Positions 48,261 through 58,592 are shown, numbered from the stretch's first letter. The stretch is 64,000 nucleotides of DNA from Planctomycetota bacterium (GCA_031409275.1 JANNXA010000028.1:12257-76256), one strand, 5' to 3'. The notes: generated by a model from the letters alone, not told the origin. Numbers and translations are program-made.

Positions 48261-50171
48261 CTACCAGTCGAGCCCGCCGACGACGCCATCGATGCGCGGC
48301 GTGTAGCCGATGCCGCCTTCGACACTGGGCAACGCCAGCAGCACCTGCGCGTAGTAGTGCTTGCCCAACGCGAACAGAGCAGGGTCTTCCGGGATGTCGA
48401 CCTCGATGCTGCCCGTCACCCCGTTCATCACGAAGGGGCGCACCAGGTAGTCGCTGACGAGCAGGTGGGGCGTCTCGGGTGCCGTCGCATCGCCGAGCCC
48501 GACGAGGAGCACGCCGAGGGTCGACGGCTCGAGCGGGCAGGTGACCTGCACGACCGACGTGCAGCCGAGCAGCGGCGGCGCGGTCAGGTCGATGGTCGGC
48601 ACCAGGGTCGGATCGAGACTGTCGCCGGCCCAGCCGCTTCCGTTGACGGTGAAGCTGGCGTCGACGCCGTCGGCGTCGGAGATGCACCAGACGTGGCCGT
48701 GCTCGTAACCAGTGGCCGGGTCGTTGACGTGGGCGGTCCCGACCAGCAGATCGTCGCCATCGTCGGGACGGGTGGCGTTGAGCGTCGACGTGGTGAGTCG
48801 ACCGTGCGCCGAGATGCGGCCGAGCTTGTCGGCGCGCTCCCGCCCTTCGATCGTCCAGCGCGACAGCCACGCTGCGGTGATCGGGTCGTACTCGAAGCAG
48901 GCGATCAGGCCGCGCTTCTCGTTGTGGTGGCGCGCCGCGACGAAGAGCTCGCGCTTCTCACGGGAGCCAGCGGGGTCGCGGAGGTAGTTGCCCGTGTCGA
49001 GGAAGGCGCCGAAGAACGAGCCGGGGAGCGCGCCGGCCGTTTCGCCCCGCACGACGACCGGCGCCGAGTCGAGCGCCTCCCCGCGGTACATGGCGACGTA
49101 GTTGCCCTGCTCGGCGGTCTCGTAGAGATTGCCGTACGTGCCGGGCGCTCCGACCAGGAGCTCGGGCTTCGCGGTCGGATCGCCGGTCAGGTCGGGCACC
49201 ACGTTCAGCGAGTAACCGAACCATTCGTGGTGACGGGCGCCATTGATGCGTCGCTTCGCGATCGTGGCCATTCCGGAGTAGATCCAGATCGCGCCGCATT
49301 CGGTGATCGGGCCGTTGCTCCATGAGAAGTCGCCGATGACGAGGTCGATCTTCTTGTCGCCATCGATGTCGCGACCGAAGCTCGCGACGGAAGTGGGGTG
49401 ACCGTCATCGCGGAGACCGGACGGATGGACGTTCCACACCAGCAGCGGGGTGAGGTCGTGCCCCGAGATGAGGAGCGCCCATCGGTAGCGGCCGGCGCCG
49501 GCGATCAGCAGGTCCGGGTAGCCGTCGCCGTCCAGGTCGCCGGCGGGCGCGATCGAGGCCCCGAAGTCGCCTTGTGAGCCGTCGGGGCCGTCGACGCGGT
49601 CGCGGTCGACCTTGTCCTCGATCTCGCCGATCAGATCGGGCACGTCGGGGTCGCGCAGCGAGCGCCCCGAGTAGATGCGGACGTACGCCCGTTGATAGTC
49701 GATGCTGGTGCTCGGAGCTGCGATGGCGAAGTCGTCGATTCCGTCGCGATCGATGTCACCGAGTCTCGCCATCTCGGCGCCGAAGTTGTCGTTGGCGGCA
49801 GCGCCGTGCCACGTGCGGAGAGGGGCGCCGAGGTGGGCGCCCGAGAAGACGCGCACGCTTCCGACCTTGTCCTCGTCCGTCTCGATCGTCCCATTGCCGT
49901 TGAGGTCGATGTCGTCCTTCGGCGCGCCGACGAGGAAATCGTCGAAGCCGTCGCCATCGACATCGCCGATCCACTCCACGCGCCCGAACCAGTCGCGGTC
50001 CTTCTCGGAAGCGAGGTCGAAGACCCGCGTCGCCTGCGCTATCGCCGGAGCCGGTGCGAGCCAGAGCAGCAGCGACGCCGCGGCGCATGCGCAGCGGCGG
50101 CTGCGGGTCGCTTGCGACCGCTCCGATTCCAGTCGATGCGGTGACTCTTCCTCTCCGTCGCAGCGATCCAT
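48261..50171 (-). CDS. FG-GAP (integrin-alpha-like) repeat secreted protein, paralog 1
   Basis: AGGAGAGG RBS; GDVDGDGFDDFLVGAP; GDLDGDGYPDLLI. Confidence 0.88.
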   Translation of the reverse strand: MDRCDGEEESPHRLESERSQATRSRRCACAAASLLLWLAPAPAIAQATRVFDLASEKDRDWFGRVEWIGDVDGDGFDDFLVGAPKDDIDLNGNGTIETDEDKVGSVRVFSGAHLGAPLRTWHGAAANDNFGAEMARLGDIDRDGIDDFAIAAPSTSIDYQRAYVRIYSGRSLRDPDVPDLIGEIEDKVDRDRVDGPDGSQGDFGASIAPAGDLDGDGYPDLLIAGAGRYRWALLISGHDLTPLLVWNVHPSGLRDDGHPTSVASFGRDIDGDKKIDLVIGDFSWSNGPITECGAIWIYSGMATIAKRRINGARHHEWFGYSLNVVPDLTGDPTAKPELLVGAPGTYGNLYETAEQGNYVAMYRGEALDSAPVVVRGETAGALPGSFFGAFLDTGNYLRDPAGSREKRELFVAARHHNEKRGLIACFEYDPITAAWLSRWTIEGRERADKLGRISAHGRLTTSTLNATRPDDGDDLLVGTAHVNDPATGYEHGHVWCISDADGVDASFTVNGSGWAGDSLDPTLVPTIDLTAPPLLGCTSVVQVTCPLEPSTLGVLLVGLGDATAPETPHLLVSDYLVRPFVMNGVTGSIEVDIPEDPALFALGKHYYAQVLLALPSVEGGIGYTPRIDGVVGGLDW

Positions 50172-50286
50172 CAACCTCTCCTGGCGAGAGAAGCGACGCG
50201 GCAGCGCGTCTGCCGCAAGCAAAGACGGCGGAGAATGTAGAGCGCGGACAGGGAGTGCGCCAGCCGTGACAGCTGTCGCGGTCGCG

Positions 50287-52125
50287 CTACCAGTCGCCGC
50301 CGCCGACCACCCCGTCGATGCGCGGTGTGTAGCCGATGCCTCCCGCGACGTCAGGCAGCGCCAGAAGAATTTGCGCGTAGTAGCGCTTCCCTTCGGTGAA
50401 GAGCGCCGGGTCGTCGGGAATCTCGACCTCGACGCGCCCGCTCGCGCCGTTCATCACGAACGTCCGCAGCAAGTAGTCGCTCACCAGCAGGTGGGGCGTT
50501 TCGGGGGCCGTCGCATCGCCAAGCCCCACCAGCAGCACGCCAAACGCGAACGGCTCGAGGTCGCAGCGGACTCGGACCTGTGTGGTGGTGCCAAGCGCCG
50601 GCGGCACATCGAGGTCGATCGTGGGCACGAGCGATGGATCCGTGTCGTCGCCGGCCCAACCGCTTCCGTTGATGGTGAAGCTGGCGTCGACTCCGTCGGC
50701 GTCCGAGAGACACCAGACGTAGCCGCGCTCGCCGCCGGCAGGGTTGTTGACGTGGGCGGTGCCCACCAGCAGTTCGTCGCCGTCATCTGGAAGCGAGGGA
50801 TCGGTGATCGACGTGGTGAGCCGGCCGCGCGCGGTGACGCGTCCGAGCTTGTCCCCCGGTTCGCGTCCATCGATGTTCCAGCGCGGCGCCCAGGCAAGCG
50901 CGAGCTCGTCGAAGGCGAAGCAGCTCACCTTGCCGCGCTTCTCGTCGTGGTGTCGCGCCGCGACGAAGAGCTCGCGGCGCGCCGTACCGCGCCCGGACGG
51001 ATCGACGAAGTAGTCCCCGGAGTCGAGGAACGCGCCGAAGAACGAGCCCGGCGCAGCGCCGACGTCGTCGCCACGCAGGGTCTGCGCCTGGCGGGAAAGG
51101 TCCTCGCCCAACCACATCGCGACGTAGTTGCCGTTCTCCGCGACTCCGTAGTCGTTGCCGAACGTGCCGGGAGCGCCGACGAGCAACTCCGGCTTCGCGG
51201 CCGGGTCGCCGCTGACATCGGGCAACACGTGCAGCGCGTAGCCGAACCACTCGTGGTGCTTGTTTCCTCGGTACGTTCGAAACGGGGTCGACGAGAGGCC
51301 GGAGTAGACCCAGACCGAGCCGCATTCGATGGCCGTTCCGTCGCTCCATGCGAAGTCGCCGAAGACCAGGTCGATGCGATGGTCGCCGTTCATGTCGCGA
51401 CCGAAGCTGGCGATGGCGGTCGAATGCGAGCCTTTGCGCATCCCGACCGGGTGGACGTCCCAGCTGAAGAGCGGTCGGAGGGAATTGCCCGAGTAGAGGA
51501 CGACCCAGTGGTACTCCCCGGCCCCGGCGACGAGTAGATCGGGGTGGCCATCCCGATCGACGTCGCCAGCGGCAGCGATCGCGGCCCCGAAGTCGCCCTG
51601 TCCGCCGTCTGGCACCTTGGAGCCGTCGCGATCCGCCGAGTCATCGAGGTCGCCGAGGAACTCCGGCAGGTCGGCGTTCCGGATCGAGCCGCCCGAGATC
51701 ACGCGGACGTAGGCGCGCTGGCCCGTGAGATTGCTGCTCGGCCCGGCGATGCAGAAATCCTCGACGCCATCGAGGTCGAGGTCACCGGCTCGCGCGAGTT
51801 CGGCGCCGAAGTTGTCGTAGGAACGATCGCCGTGCCAGGTGCGCAACGGCGCGCCGACATGGCGGCCCGAGTAGAGGCGCGCGCTCCCGACCGCCACTTC
51901 GTCGCTGCCGATCGATCCGCTGCCGTCGAGGTCGACGTCCTCGTTGGGGGAGCCGACCACGAAGTCGTCGAAGCCATCTCCGTCGATGTCGCCGACCCAC
52001 TCGACGCGACCGAAATAGTCATTGATCGTCGGCGCTGCGATCTGGAAGACGCGCGTCGCCTGCGCCTGCAGTGGCGATGCGAGGAGCGCTACGGCCGCCC
52101 CGACGTACCCCATCATTCCTGCCAT
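50287..52125 (-). CDS. FG-GAP (integrin-alpha-like) repeat secreted protein, paralog 2
   Basis: GGAG RBS before ATG 52125 (alternative TTG 52194); GDIDGDGFDDFVVGSP; collinear with paralog 1. Confidence 0.88.
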   Translation of the reverse strand: MAGMMGYVGAAVALLASPLQAQATRVFQIAAPTINDYFGRVEWVGDIDGDGFDDFVVGSPNEDVDLDGSGSIGSDEVAVGSARLYSGRHVGAPLRTWHGDRSYDNFGAELARAGDLDLDGVEDFCIAGPSSNLTGQRAYVRVISGGSIRNADLPEFLGDLDDSADRDGSKVPDGGQGDFGAAIAAAGDVDRDGHPDLLVAGAGEYHWVVLYSGNSLRPLFSWDVHPVGMRKGSHSTAIASFGRDMNGDHRIDLVFGDFAWSDGTAIECGSVWVYSGLSSTPFRTYRGNKHHEWFGYALHVLPDVSGDPAAKPELLVGAPGTFGNDYGVAENGNYVAMWLGEDLSRQAQTLRGDDVGAAPGSFFGAFLDSGDYFVDPSGRGTARRELFVAARHHDEKRGKVSCFAFDELALAWAPRWNIDGREPGDKLGRVTARGRLTTSITDPSLPDDGDELLVGTAHVNNPAGGERGYVWCLSDADGVDASFTINGSGWAGDDTDPSLVPTIDLDVPPALGTTTQVRVRCDLEPFAFGVLLVGLGDATAPETPHLLVSDYLLRTFVMNGASGRVEVEIPDDPALFTEGKRYYAQILLALPDVAGGIGYTPRIDGVVGGGDW

Positions 52126-52190
52126 CGACCGCTCCACCGTTGCGGTCGCTCGCTGCGAGCAGGCAGCGTTCGCGACCAGGGTCGGGTGCG

Positions 52191-53273
52191 TCAACGCGGT
52201 CGATCACCGGCAATGCCGCGCTCGCCGTCGTGCTCCGCCGCGCGAATCGGCGGTGGGAGCGGTCCCCCGAAGACGTCGACCGCCGCGTAGTTCTTCTCGA
52301 ACGCCTCGCGGGTGATCGGGAAGCACGACATCGGTCGCAGCGGCCGCGCGGAACGCAGCGGGCGCGAGCGGCCCGAGACCGCGCTCCAGCGTCGCGCGCC
52401 GCCGCGCTCGATCAGCTCGATGTCTTCCGCCACCGGTGCCGCGTCGAGCTCGATCACCTCCTCGCCGATGCGGCGCGAGTAGCACGCCAGCACCTTCGGC
52501 TTGCTCCCGAAGAGCAGCACGATCGGTTCGTCTCCGAGCACGTCGTGAAGCAGCCCGCTTTCAGGGAAGCGGGTCAGGGGATAGGCGCGCTCGAACTCGC
52601 CGATGCGCACCATCAGGAGCAGGGAGTCCACCTGCGACGGATCCCAGAGCCGGACGCGTTGGCGATGGGAGAGCTCGGACGTCGGCGCGAGCACGCTGCA
52701 GTTGGGGTAGGACTGCAGCCATCCGCCGAGAGTGGTCACCGTCGACGGCACCGTGACGAGCTGGGTGCCTGCGAAGGCCCCGTCGGTCGCGATCCCGCTG
52801 ATCTGGCTCCAGTGACTCTGAGTCGCGTCATCGACCATCCACATCGAGCCTTCATGCATGGAACCCGCGTTCCCAAGCGCCAGCGTCACGTCGCCGATGG
52901 TTCGCTGGTAGACGACCGCGCCCTGGCACTTGACGCACCAGGTGATGGCGATGGCAGCGTCCCCGAGGGTGTCGTTCAGCACCTCGTCGATTGCCACGCG
53001 CGCGACGGGATAAGCGCGGACCGAGTCGCCGACGCACACCCCGATCACTGTCTCGTCGGTTCCGATGCCGGCCCGCAGAGCCGCGCGCGGACCGAGGATT
53101 TCTTCCCGGCGGACGAAGCGCGCGGCGTGCACGAGGTCGGGTCGCACCCGCCTCGCGGGTCGAACGCCGGATCGGCGCGGTGCCGTGTCGCTCTTCGAAT
53201 CGGGTGGTACCGGAGCGGGGGGAGCTGGTGGTTCCTGCAGCAACGCGGCGGCGATGATCCAGCAGACGCTCAT
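52191..53273 (-). CDS. DUF3179-like domain protein
   Basis: VIGV...RAYP...EVLND...ITWCVKC...MVDDATQSHWSQISG...G...G motif series. Confidence 0.75.
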   Translation of the reverse strand: MSVCWIIAAALLQEPPAPPAPVPPDSKSDTAPRRSGVRPARRVRPDLVHAARFVRREEILGPRAALRAGIGTDETVIGVCVGDSVRAYPVARVAIDEVLNDTLGDAAIAITWCVKCQGAVVYQRTIGDVTLALGNAGSMHEGSMWMVDDATQSHWSQISGIATDGAFAGTQLVTVPSTVTTLGGWLQSYPNCSVLAPTSELSHRQRVRLWDPSQVDSLLLMVRIGEFERAYPLTRFPESGLLHDVLGDEPIVLLFGSKPKVLACYSRRIGEEVIELDAAPVAEDIELIERGGARRWSAVSGRSRPLRSARPLRPMSCFPITREAFEKNYAAVDVFGGPLPPPIRAAEHDGERGIAGDRPR

Positions 53274-53541
53274 GGTGTCCCCTGCACGAGCGCGGCTGGC
53301 AGAGCCGCGGCTTCGTGCGACGGGGATTGCGGCAGTTCGCGATTTAACCGGCAACTTGCGATCCAGATGGCGACCGTTGTCGACCACGCGGATTCGGTCG
53401 ATGCAACACAACGCGAATTGCCAAATGCGTGAATCGTCGCCACAGCCGGCAACCGCATCACCGGCGCTTCGTGATCTCTCGTCTGCGCGCGGTACCGGCG
53501 CTAGAAGGCGGTTCTGCCATCGACGAGGAAGGGGTCGCCGC

Positions 53542-54048
53542 GTGTCCTTCAAAGAACAGTTCGAGCAGCTCTATCAGGACATCAAACGCATCGCGTGTAC
53601 GCGAATGCGCGATGACGGACAGGCGCGCCTGGTGCGACCGACCTCGTTGGTTCACGCCGTCTATCTGCGCTGGCAGAAGGGCAAGAAGGTCGAGGCGGCG
53701 AGCCGCGAGGAGTTCCTCGGCATCGCGGCGCACATCATGCGCGAGGTGCTGGTCGATCAGGCGCGCGCGCAGAACGCGATCAAGCGCGGCGGCCGGGCGC
53801 GTCGCGTGGTGCTCGAGGACGATCACCTTGTCGAGCACCGTCCGCAGTTCGACGTGCTCGAACTCGACGAGTCGCTTCAGCGCCTCAAGTCGCTCCATGA
53901 ACGGCAGTACCGCGTCGTGGTGATGACCTTCTTCGCCGGCATGACCCAGCCGGAAGTGGCGCGCGCCATCGGCGTCTCCGAGCGCACCGTGCGCAACGAC
54001 TGGGTTTCGGCGCAGGCATGGCTGCACGCCGAGATCGAACGCGCGTGA
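53542..54048 (+). CDS. ECF-type sigma factor of the kinase-associated class (TIGR02999-like)
   Basis: LYQDIKRIA; RPTSLVHAVYL; MREVLVDQAR; KRGG; VSERTVRNDW; GTGA overlap with the kinase gene. Confidence 0.9.
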   Translation: MSFKEQFEQLYQDIKRIACTRMRDDGQARLVRPTSLVHAVYLRWQKGKKVEAASREEFLGIAAHIMREVLVDQARAQNAIKRGGRARRVVLEDDHLVEHRPQFDVLELDESLQRLKSLHERQYRVVVMTFFAGMTQPEVARAIGVSERTVRNDWVSAQAWLHAEIERA

Positions 54049-56792
54049 GCCAGGCGCACGACGCCGCGCTCCACCAACGCGCCTGCGAGGTGATGGCGGA
54101 GGCGGTGGCATTGCCGGAGGAGCAACGCGCCGACTTCGTGGCGCGCGAGTGCGGCGCGAACGACGAGCTGCGCGCGCGCGTGGAGAAGCTCCTCGACCAC
54201 CACCGGCGCGCCGTTCCGCTCCAGCCGCTGATCGACTCGAGCGAGGTGATGGTCGGTGCGAAGGATGCGGCCGGCGATCGGCCGTCGCCATCGATTCCCG
54301 ACTGCATCGGCCCATTCCGCATCGTGCGCGAGCTCGGCCGCGGCAGCCACGGCATCGTCTACGAAGCGCAGCAGGAGCAGCCGCGCCGACGCATCGCGCT
54401 CAAGGTGCTGCAGCCGGGTTGGCTGGCGGCGTCGCAGGCCGGTCGTTTCGAGCGCGAGGCGGCCGCGCTGGCCCGCTTCAACCACCCCGCGATCGCCGCG
54501 ATCTACGAAGCGGGACGCTCCGAAACGTCCGGCGGACTGCTGCCGTGGTTCGCGATGGAGCTGGTCGAAGGGCAGCCGCTCGACGACTGGGTTGCGACCC
54601 GCGAGCTGTCGCGCCGCGCTCGGGTCGAGCTGTTGGCGCAGATCGCGGCCGCAGTGCATCACGCGCACGAGCACGGCGTGATCCATCGCGACCTCAAGCC
54701 CGCCAACGTGCTGGTGCGTCGCGACGGTCAGGTGAAGGTGGTCGACTTCGGCGTCGCAGCGCTGCTCGACCCCGACACGGCGACGCTGGAGCAGATGACG
54801 GCCAGCGGCGCCTTCGTCGGCACGCTCGCCTACGTCAGCCCCGAGCAGACCAGCGGCGAATCGGCCCGCGCCGACGCGCGCTGCGACATCTACTCGCTGG
54901 GCGTCATCGCCTACGAGTTGCTGGTCGGGCGCCTCCCCTACGACACGCGCGAATGCACGCTGTCCGCGGCGCTGCGCCTGATCCTCGAGTTCGAGCCGGT
55001 GACGTTGCGCCGCATCGATCCGAGCGTGCCGCACGACCTCGAGAACATCGTGCGCAAGGCGATGGAGAAAGAGCCGGCGCGCCGCTACGACTCCGCGGCC
55101 GCGCTGGCCAACGATCTGGAGAACTGGCTCGCCGAGCGACCCGTTGCGGCGCGCGCCCCGAGCGCGTTCTACGTCGCCGCCAAGTTCGCGCGTCGTCATC
55201 GCGGGTTCGTGGCGGGACTCGTGATCGCGCTGCTGGCGCTGATCGGCGGCTTCATCATGCTCAGCATCGGGCTCAAGCGCGCGACCGATGCGCTGCAGGT
55301 CAGCGAGACGCGACGGGTCGGTGCACTGGAGTTGATCTCGAGGCTGATCCAGACGATCCACGAAGTGAAGGAGCTGTCGGGTGGTCGTTCGGTGGTCAAG
55401 AAGGTCATCCCGTTCGTGCGGCAGATGGTCGAGCAGTACGACCTGAGGCCGTCCGTCGCCGAGCAGGATCCACGGGTCCTGTCGCCATGGGCCGACCTGC
55501 TTGCGGCCGAAGGGGACCTGCTGCAGAGCGATGGTCAGCGCGACGGGGCCGAGCGCAACTTCCGTGACGTCCTGGGGGTTCGCCGGCAATTGTCGGCGAT
55601 GCCGACGTCCGATGTCGCGCTGACGGTCGCGCGCGCGCGCGCCTTGTCCGTGGCGCAGGTGCGCATCGGCGACGTCGCGAAGGACGGCGGCGAGTACGAC
55701 GCGGCCGCTCGCTGGTACTCGCCGGCGCTGCAGATCGACGAGGCATTGGTCGCCGAACATCCCGCGACGATCGGCTGCCTCGACGATCTGTGCTACAGCT
55801 ACGAACGCCACGCGGACTTGGCGCAGCTGCGCGGCGATCCGACCGCCGCGATCGCCTGGGCCGACAAGCACATCGGCGCGGTGGAGCGGTTGGTGGAACT
55901 CTGCGACAAGGCGCTCGACCCCGCTCGCGCGATGGAGGCGCGCTTCCACCTCGCTCGGGCGCTGTTCGGCCGCATCGATTTCGGCCCGGTTGGAACCCAG
56001 CGCGAAACGTTGATGCGCGCGCATCGACAGGCCAGCGAACTCGCCGCCAACCCGCAGGCCGATCGTCGCACGCGGCTGCTCGAGATCGCAACGTGCTTCC
56101 CGCTGGCGCAGCTCGAGGGCGGCGACGGAAACCGTGATCGCGAGTTGGCGCTGCTGACGTACGCGAGCGAACAATCGCGGCGTCTCGAGGCCGAGCACCC
56201 CGGCGACGTCGAAGTCTGGGTCAGACGATGGCGCGCGGAGTCGGGGGTCGCGGGCGTGCTGAGCAGCCTCGGTCAGGTGGCGGATGCCGTGACGCGATTC
56301 GACGCGGTCATCGCCGCGTTCGAAGCCCGCCGCCGCCGGCTGCCCGAAGCGAGCCTTGAACGAGATGAACTCGAGGAGTCGCTGGTCGCGATTCGAGCGC
56401 AGAGCCTCCATGCGATCGACACGTTGCCCGACGACGAGCGGTTGCGCAGCGCGATTCGTGAGACGCTGCTGCTTGCCGATCAGCTGGTCGCGCGCCGCCC
56501 GACGCGGGAAGCGGCCGCGTTCGAGGCGCTCTTCCTCTGCTTCTACGACGGCTCGATTCGAATGGGGTTCTTCGAGAACGGACTCGAGCGACTCGACGTC
56601 TACTTCGACGCCTACGACGCCAGGCGACGCGACTTCGTCGGGCTGATCCTGGGCATGCTGCACACGCATCACCACGACGACGAAGCGGCGCGAGTGGTGG
56701 CTTTTCTGCGGGCGAAGCGTCCGGACTGGCCGCCGTCCATCGAGGCGGCGCTGCGCGTCGTCGAGGAACGGGAACGGGCGCGCGGGCGGTGA
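54045..56792 (+). CDS. Membrane Ser/Thr protein kinase with a C-terminal TPR-like region
   Basis: LGRGSHGIVY; IALK; HRDLKPANV; DFG; GTLAYVSPEQ; DIYSLG; TM helix. Confidence 0.93.
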   Translation: MSQAHDAALHQRACEVMAEAVALPEEQRADFVARECGANDELRARVEKLLDHHRRAVPLQPLIDSSEVMVGAKDAAGDRPSPSIPDCIGPFRIVRELGRGSHGIVYEAQQEQPRRRIALKVLQPGWLAASQAGRFEREAAALARFNHPAIAAIYEAGRSETSGGLLPWFAMELVEGQPLDDWVATRELSRRARVELLAQIAAAVHHAHEHGVIHRDLKPANVLVRRDGQVKVVDFGVAALLDPDTATLEQMTASGAFVGTLAYVSPEQTSGESARADARCDIYSLGVIAYELLVGRLPYDTRECTLSAALRLILEFEPVTLRRIDPSVPHDLENIVRKAMEKEPARRYDSAAALANDLENWLAERPVAARAPSAFYVAAKFARRHRGFVAGLVIALLALIGGFIMLSIGLKRATDALQVSETRRVGALELISRLIQTIHEVKELSGGRSVVKKVIPFVRQMVEQYDLRPSVAEQDPRVLSPWADLLAAEGDLLQSDGQRDGAERNFRDVLGVRRQLSAMPTSDVALTVARARALSVAQVRIGDVAKDGGEYDAAARWYSPALQIDEALVAEHPATIGCLDDLCYSYERHADLAQLRGDPTAAIAWADKHIGAVERLVELCDKALDPARAMEARFHLARALFGRIDFGPVGTQRETLMRAHRQASELAANPQADRRTRLLEIATCFPLAQLEGGDGNRDRELALLTYASEQSRRLEAEHPGDVEVWVRRWRAESGVAGVLSSLGQVADAVTRFDAVIAAFEARRRRLPEASLERDELEESLVAIRAQSLHAIDTLPDDERLRSAIRETLLLADQLVARRPTREAAAFEALFLCFYDGSIRMGFFENGLERLDVYFDAYDARRRDFVGLILGMLHTHHHDDEAARVVAFLRAKRPDWPPSIEAALRVVEERERARGR

Positions 56793-56843
56793 AGTTCCGC
56801 CACGCGCGCCCCGTGCTTGAACTGCGATCGGCCCGCTGGCGGC

Positions 56844-57389
56844 CTACTTCTCGAGCGTCACCGGCAGCACGCAGCGCGACTTGCCGAAGGCGATGAGGAG
56901 CTCGGCCGTGAAGTCCTTCTCGCCGGCGCGGATGCCCAGGGCGAGGCGCTTCTGGTCGTCCTCGACCGTCTTCAGCGTGAGCGGCAGCGTCACCGTGGCC
57001 GCTTCGCCGATCAGCGAAACCTGCCACGTGAACTTCTCGTCGATGGTGAAGGCGACCTTGTAGGTACCCGCGGCCACCTTCGTCTCGCCGATCGCGATGC
57101 CGGTCGAGAGCTTCAGCGTGCCGAGCGGCGTCTTCTCGGCCGACTTGTTGATGGCGTCGCGCATGCCGGCGCGCGCGCCCTCGTCCGCGAGCTGCGCGGC
57201 CCACTGGCCACCGCCCCAGGTGATGGCGGTGTAGCTGAGCTCGATCGTCTTGTCGCCAAACGCGATGGTCTGGCCGACGGTCGCTGCGAAGCGATTGCTG
57301 CTGCCCATGCGCTGCGCGAAGGCGGAGCTGCTGATCACGACGAGGATGGCGGCGGCAGTGAAGAGCCGCTTCAGGGCGAATCGGGACAT
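56844..57389 (-). CDS. Exported DUF2911-like protein
   Basis: AAGGAGG RBS; signal peptide; IELSY; IGETKVAAGTY. Confidence 0.65.
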   Translation of the reverse strand: MSRFALKRLFTAAAILVVISSSAFAQRMGSSNRFAATVGQTIAFGDKTIELSYTAITWGGGQWAAQLADEGARAGMRDAINKSAEKTPLGTLKLSTGIAIGETKVAAGTYKVAFTIDEKFTWQVSLIGEAATVTLPLTLKTVEDDQKRLALGIRAGEKDFTAELLIAFGKSRCVLPVTLEK

Positions 57390-57444
57390 CGAAACCTCCT
57401 TGTTGGAACGGGGCGAAATGGGGCGGCGGAGCATAGCCGCGCCG

Positions 57445-58518
57445 TCAGCGTCCCCCCGTCGGCGCGGCCTCCGTCTGCGTGAAGAGCGCCGCGACCTGCT
57501 CGTAGTAGTCGGCGAAGCCGGCGAGCGACTCGGACGGTTCGAGTCGGGAGAGCTGCGCACGCGCGAACTCGGAAGCGTCGGGGAGGCGCGCGGCAAGTCG
57601 GCGTTGGCGCGGGCTCAAAGTGGCGAGCGCATCCGTGCCACTGGCGACCGCGGCGTTGGCGCGCGTCTGCTGCAACGGGGTCATCGGGAGGTGCCACATC
57701 GAAGTGGCGCGCAGTGCATGCTTGCGATCGGAAGGCTTGGCGGGCGTCGTCGCGGCGAGCGCGGCGGCGTCGCCGCTCAAGTCGCGATTCGCGCAGGAGA
57801 GCGTCTTCCACTTCGTCACCAGAGCGTCGTGCTCGACGACGCGAGCGTCGTAGTCGATCAGCACGCCCTCCTCGATCTTGCCGGTGCCGCTGACGGCCGC
57901 GGGCACGTCGACGGCGCGCGTGGCCAATACGCCCTCGAGGGCGCCGAAGGTCGCCTCGCCTTCCCAGAAGCAGTACATCGTGAAGAGCGCCTGCGCGCGC
58001 GGCGCGGCGAGCTCGGAGGCGAGGTTCGAGAGGTACGCGGGAACGGGCCGTTTCGCGGCGTCGAGCCCTTCGATCAGTCGCGCGGCGACCTCGGGGGTCG
58101 ACCAGATTCGGTCGCGGCGCGGTGTGACGTCCTGGCCGCTCGCGTCGAGGAACCGGAGCACCGGGTTGTTCCAGGCCGGTTCTCGGAAGCGCTCGCGCAG
58201 ACGATCGTCGACCCCGGGCTTGTTGTTGAATACCAGCAGCGGAACGAACTCGTCTTCCAGCGCCTCGACCAGCAACGGCTGCGACATCGGCCCCCGGCCG
58301 AAGTCCACGCAGGTGCTTCAGCCAGGCACTTCCTGGAAGAGCACGGCGATCGGCTTGCCAGACGACTTCGATTGCGCCGCCGCGGTGTCCCAGTCACGCA
58401 GCCAGTCGACGTTCCCAAGCTCGGGCGAGCGCCGCTCGAGCGGCTGCGCTTCCTGCGCGATGGCGACGCCGGCGATTGCCGCGATCGCGGCGAGTCGAGC
58501 ATTGGTTTGCAACGACAT
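57445..58518 (-). CDS. Selenoprotein: exported thioredoxin-like (VPG-U-x-x-C) domain fused to an MsrA-like domain, 357 aa, Sec at TGA 58318-58320
   Basis: ORFs 58318..58518 and 57445..58308 are in the same frame, joined by TGA AGC ACC TGC (FQEVPG-U-STC-VDFG); downstream hairpin; WNNPVLRF; MYCFWEGE. Confidence 0.88.
58279..58312 (-). promoter_or_regulatory. Bacterial SECIS-like hairpin
   Basis: Stems CTGC/GCAG, GAC/GTC and TCGGCC/GGCCGA with a GGG apical loop starting 22 nt after the UGA. Confidence 0.7.
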
Positions 58519-58592
58519 GGCGCTCTCCGTCGGAGCGCGCCGCGCACGACGGCAGCTCCGACGGAGAGCATGGGTTCACCAGGGTGCGAGGG

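Noticed and set aside
48261..52125. FG-GAP paralogs as a diversity-generating retroelement TR/VR pair
   Set aside because: Differences span whole genes and are not adenine-specific, and there is no reverse transcriptase
58318..58320. TGA as a nonsense mutation or pseudogene
   Set aside because: It sits at the redox position of a UxxC motif with a SECIS-like hairpin, and both halves are intact
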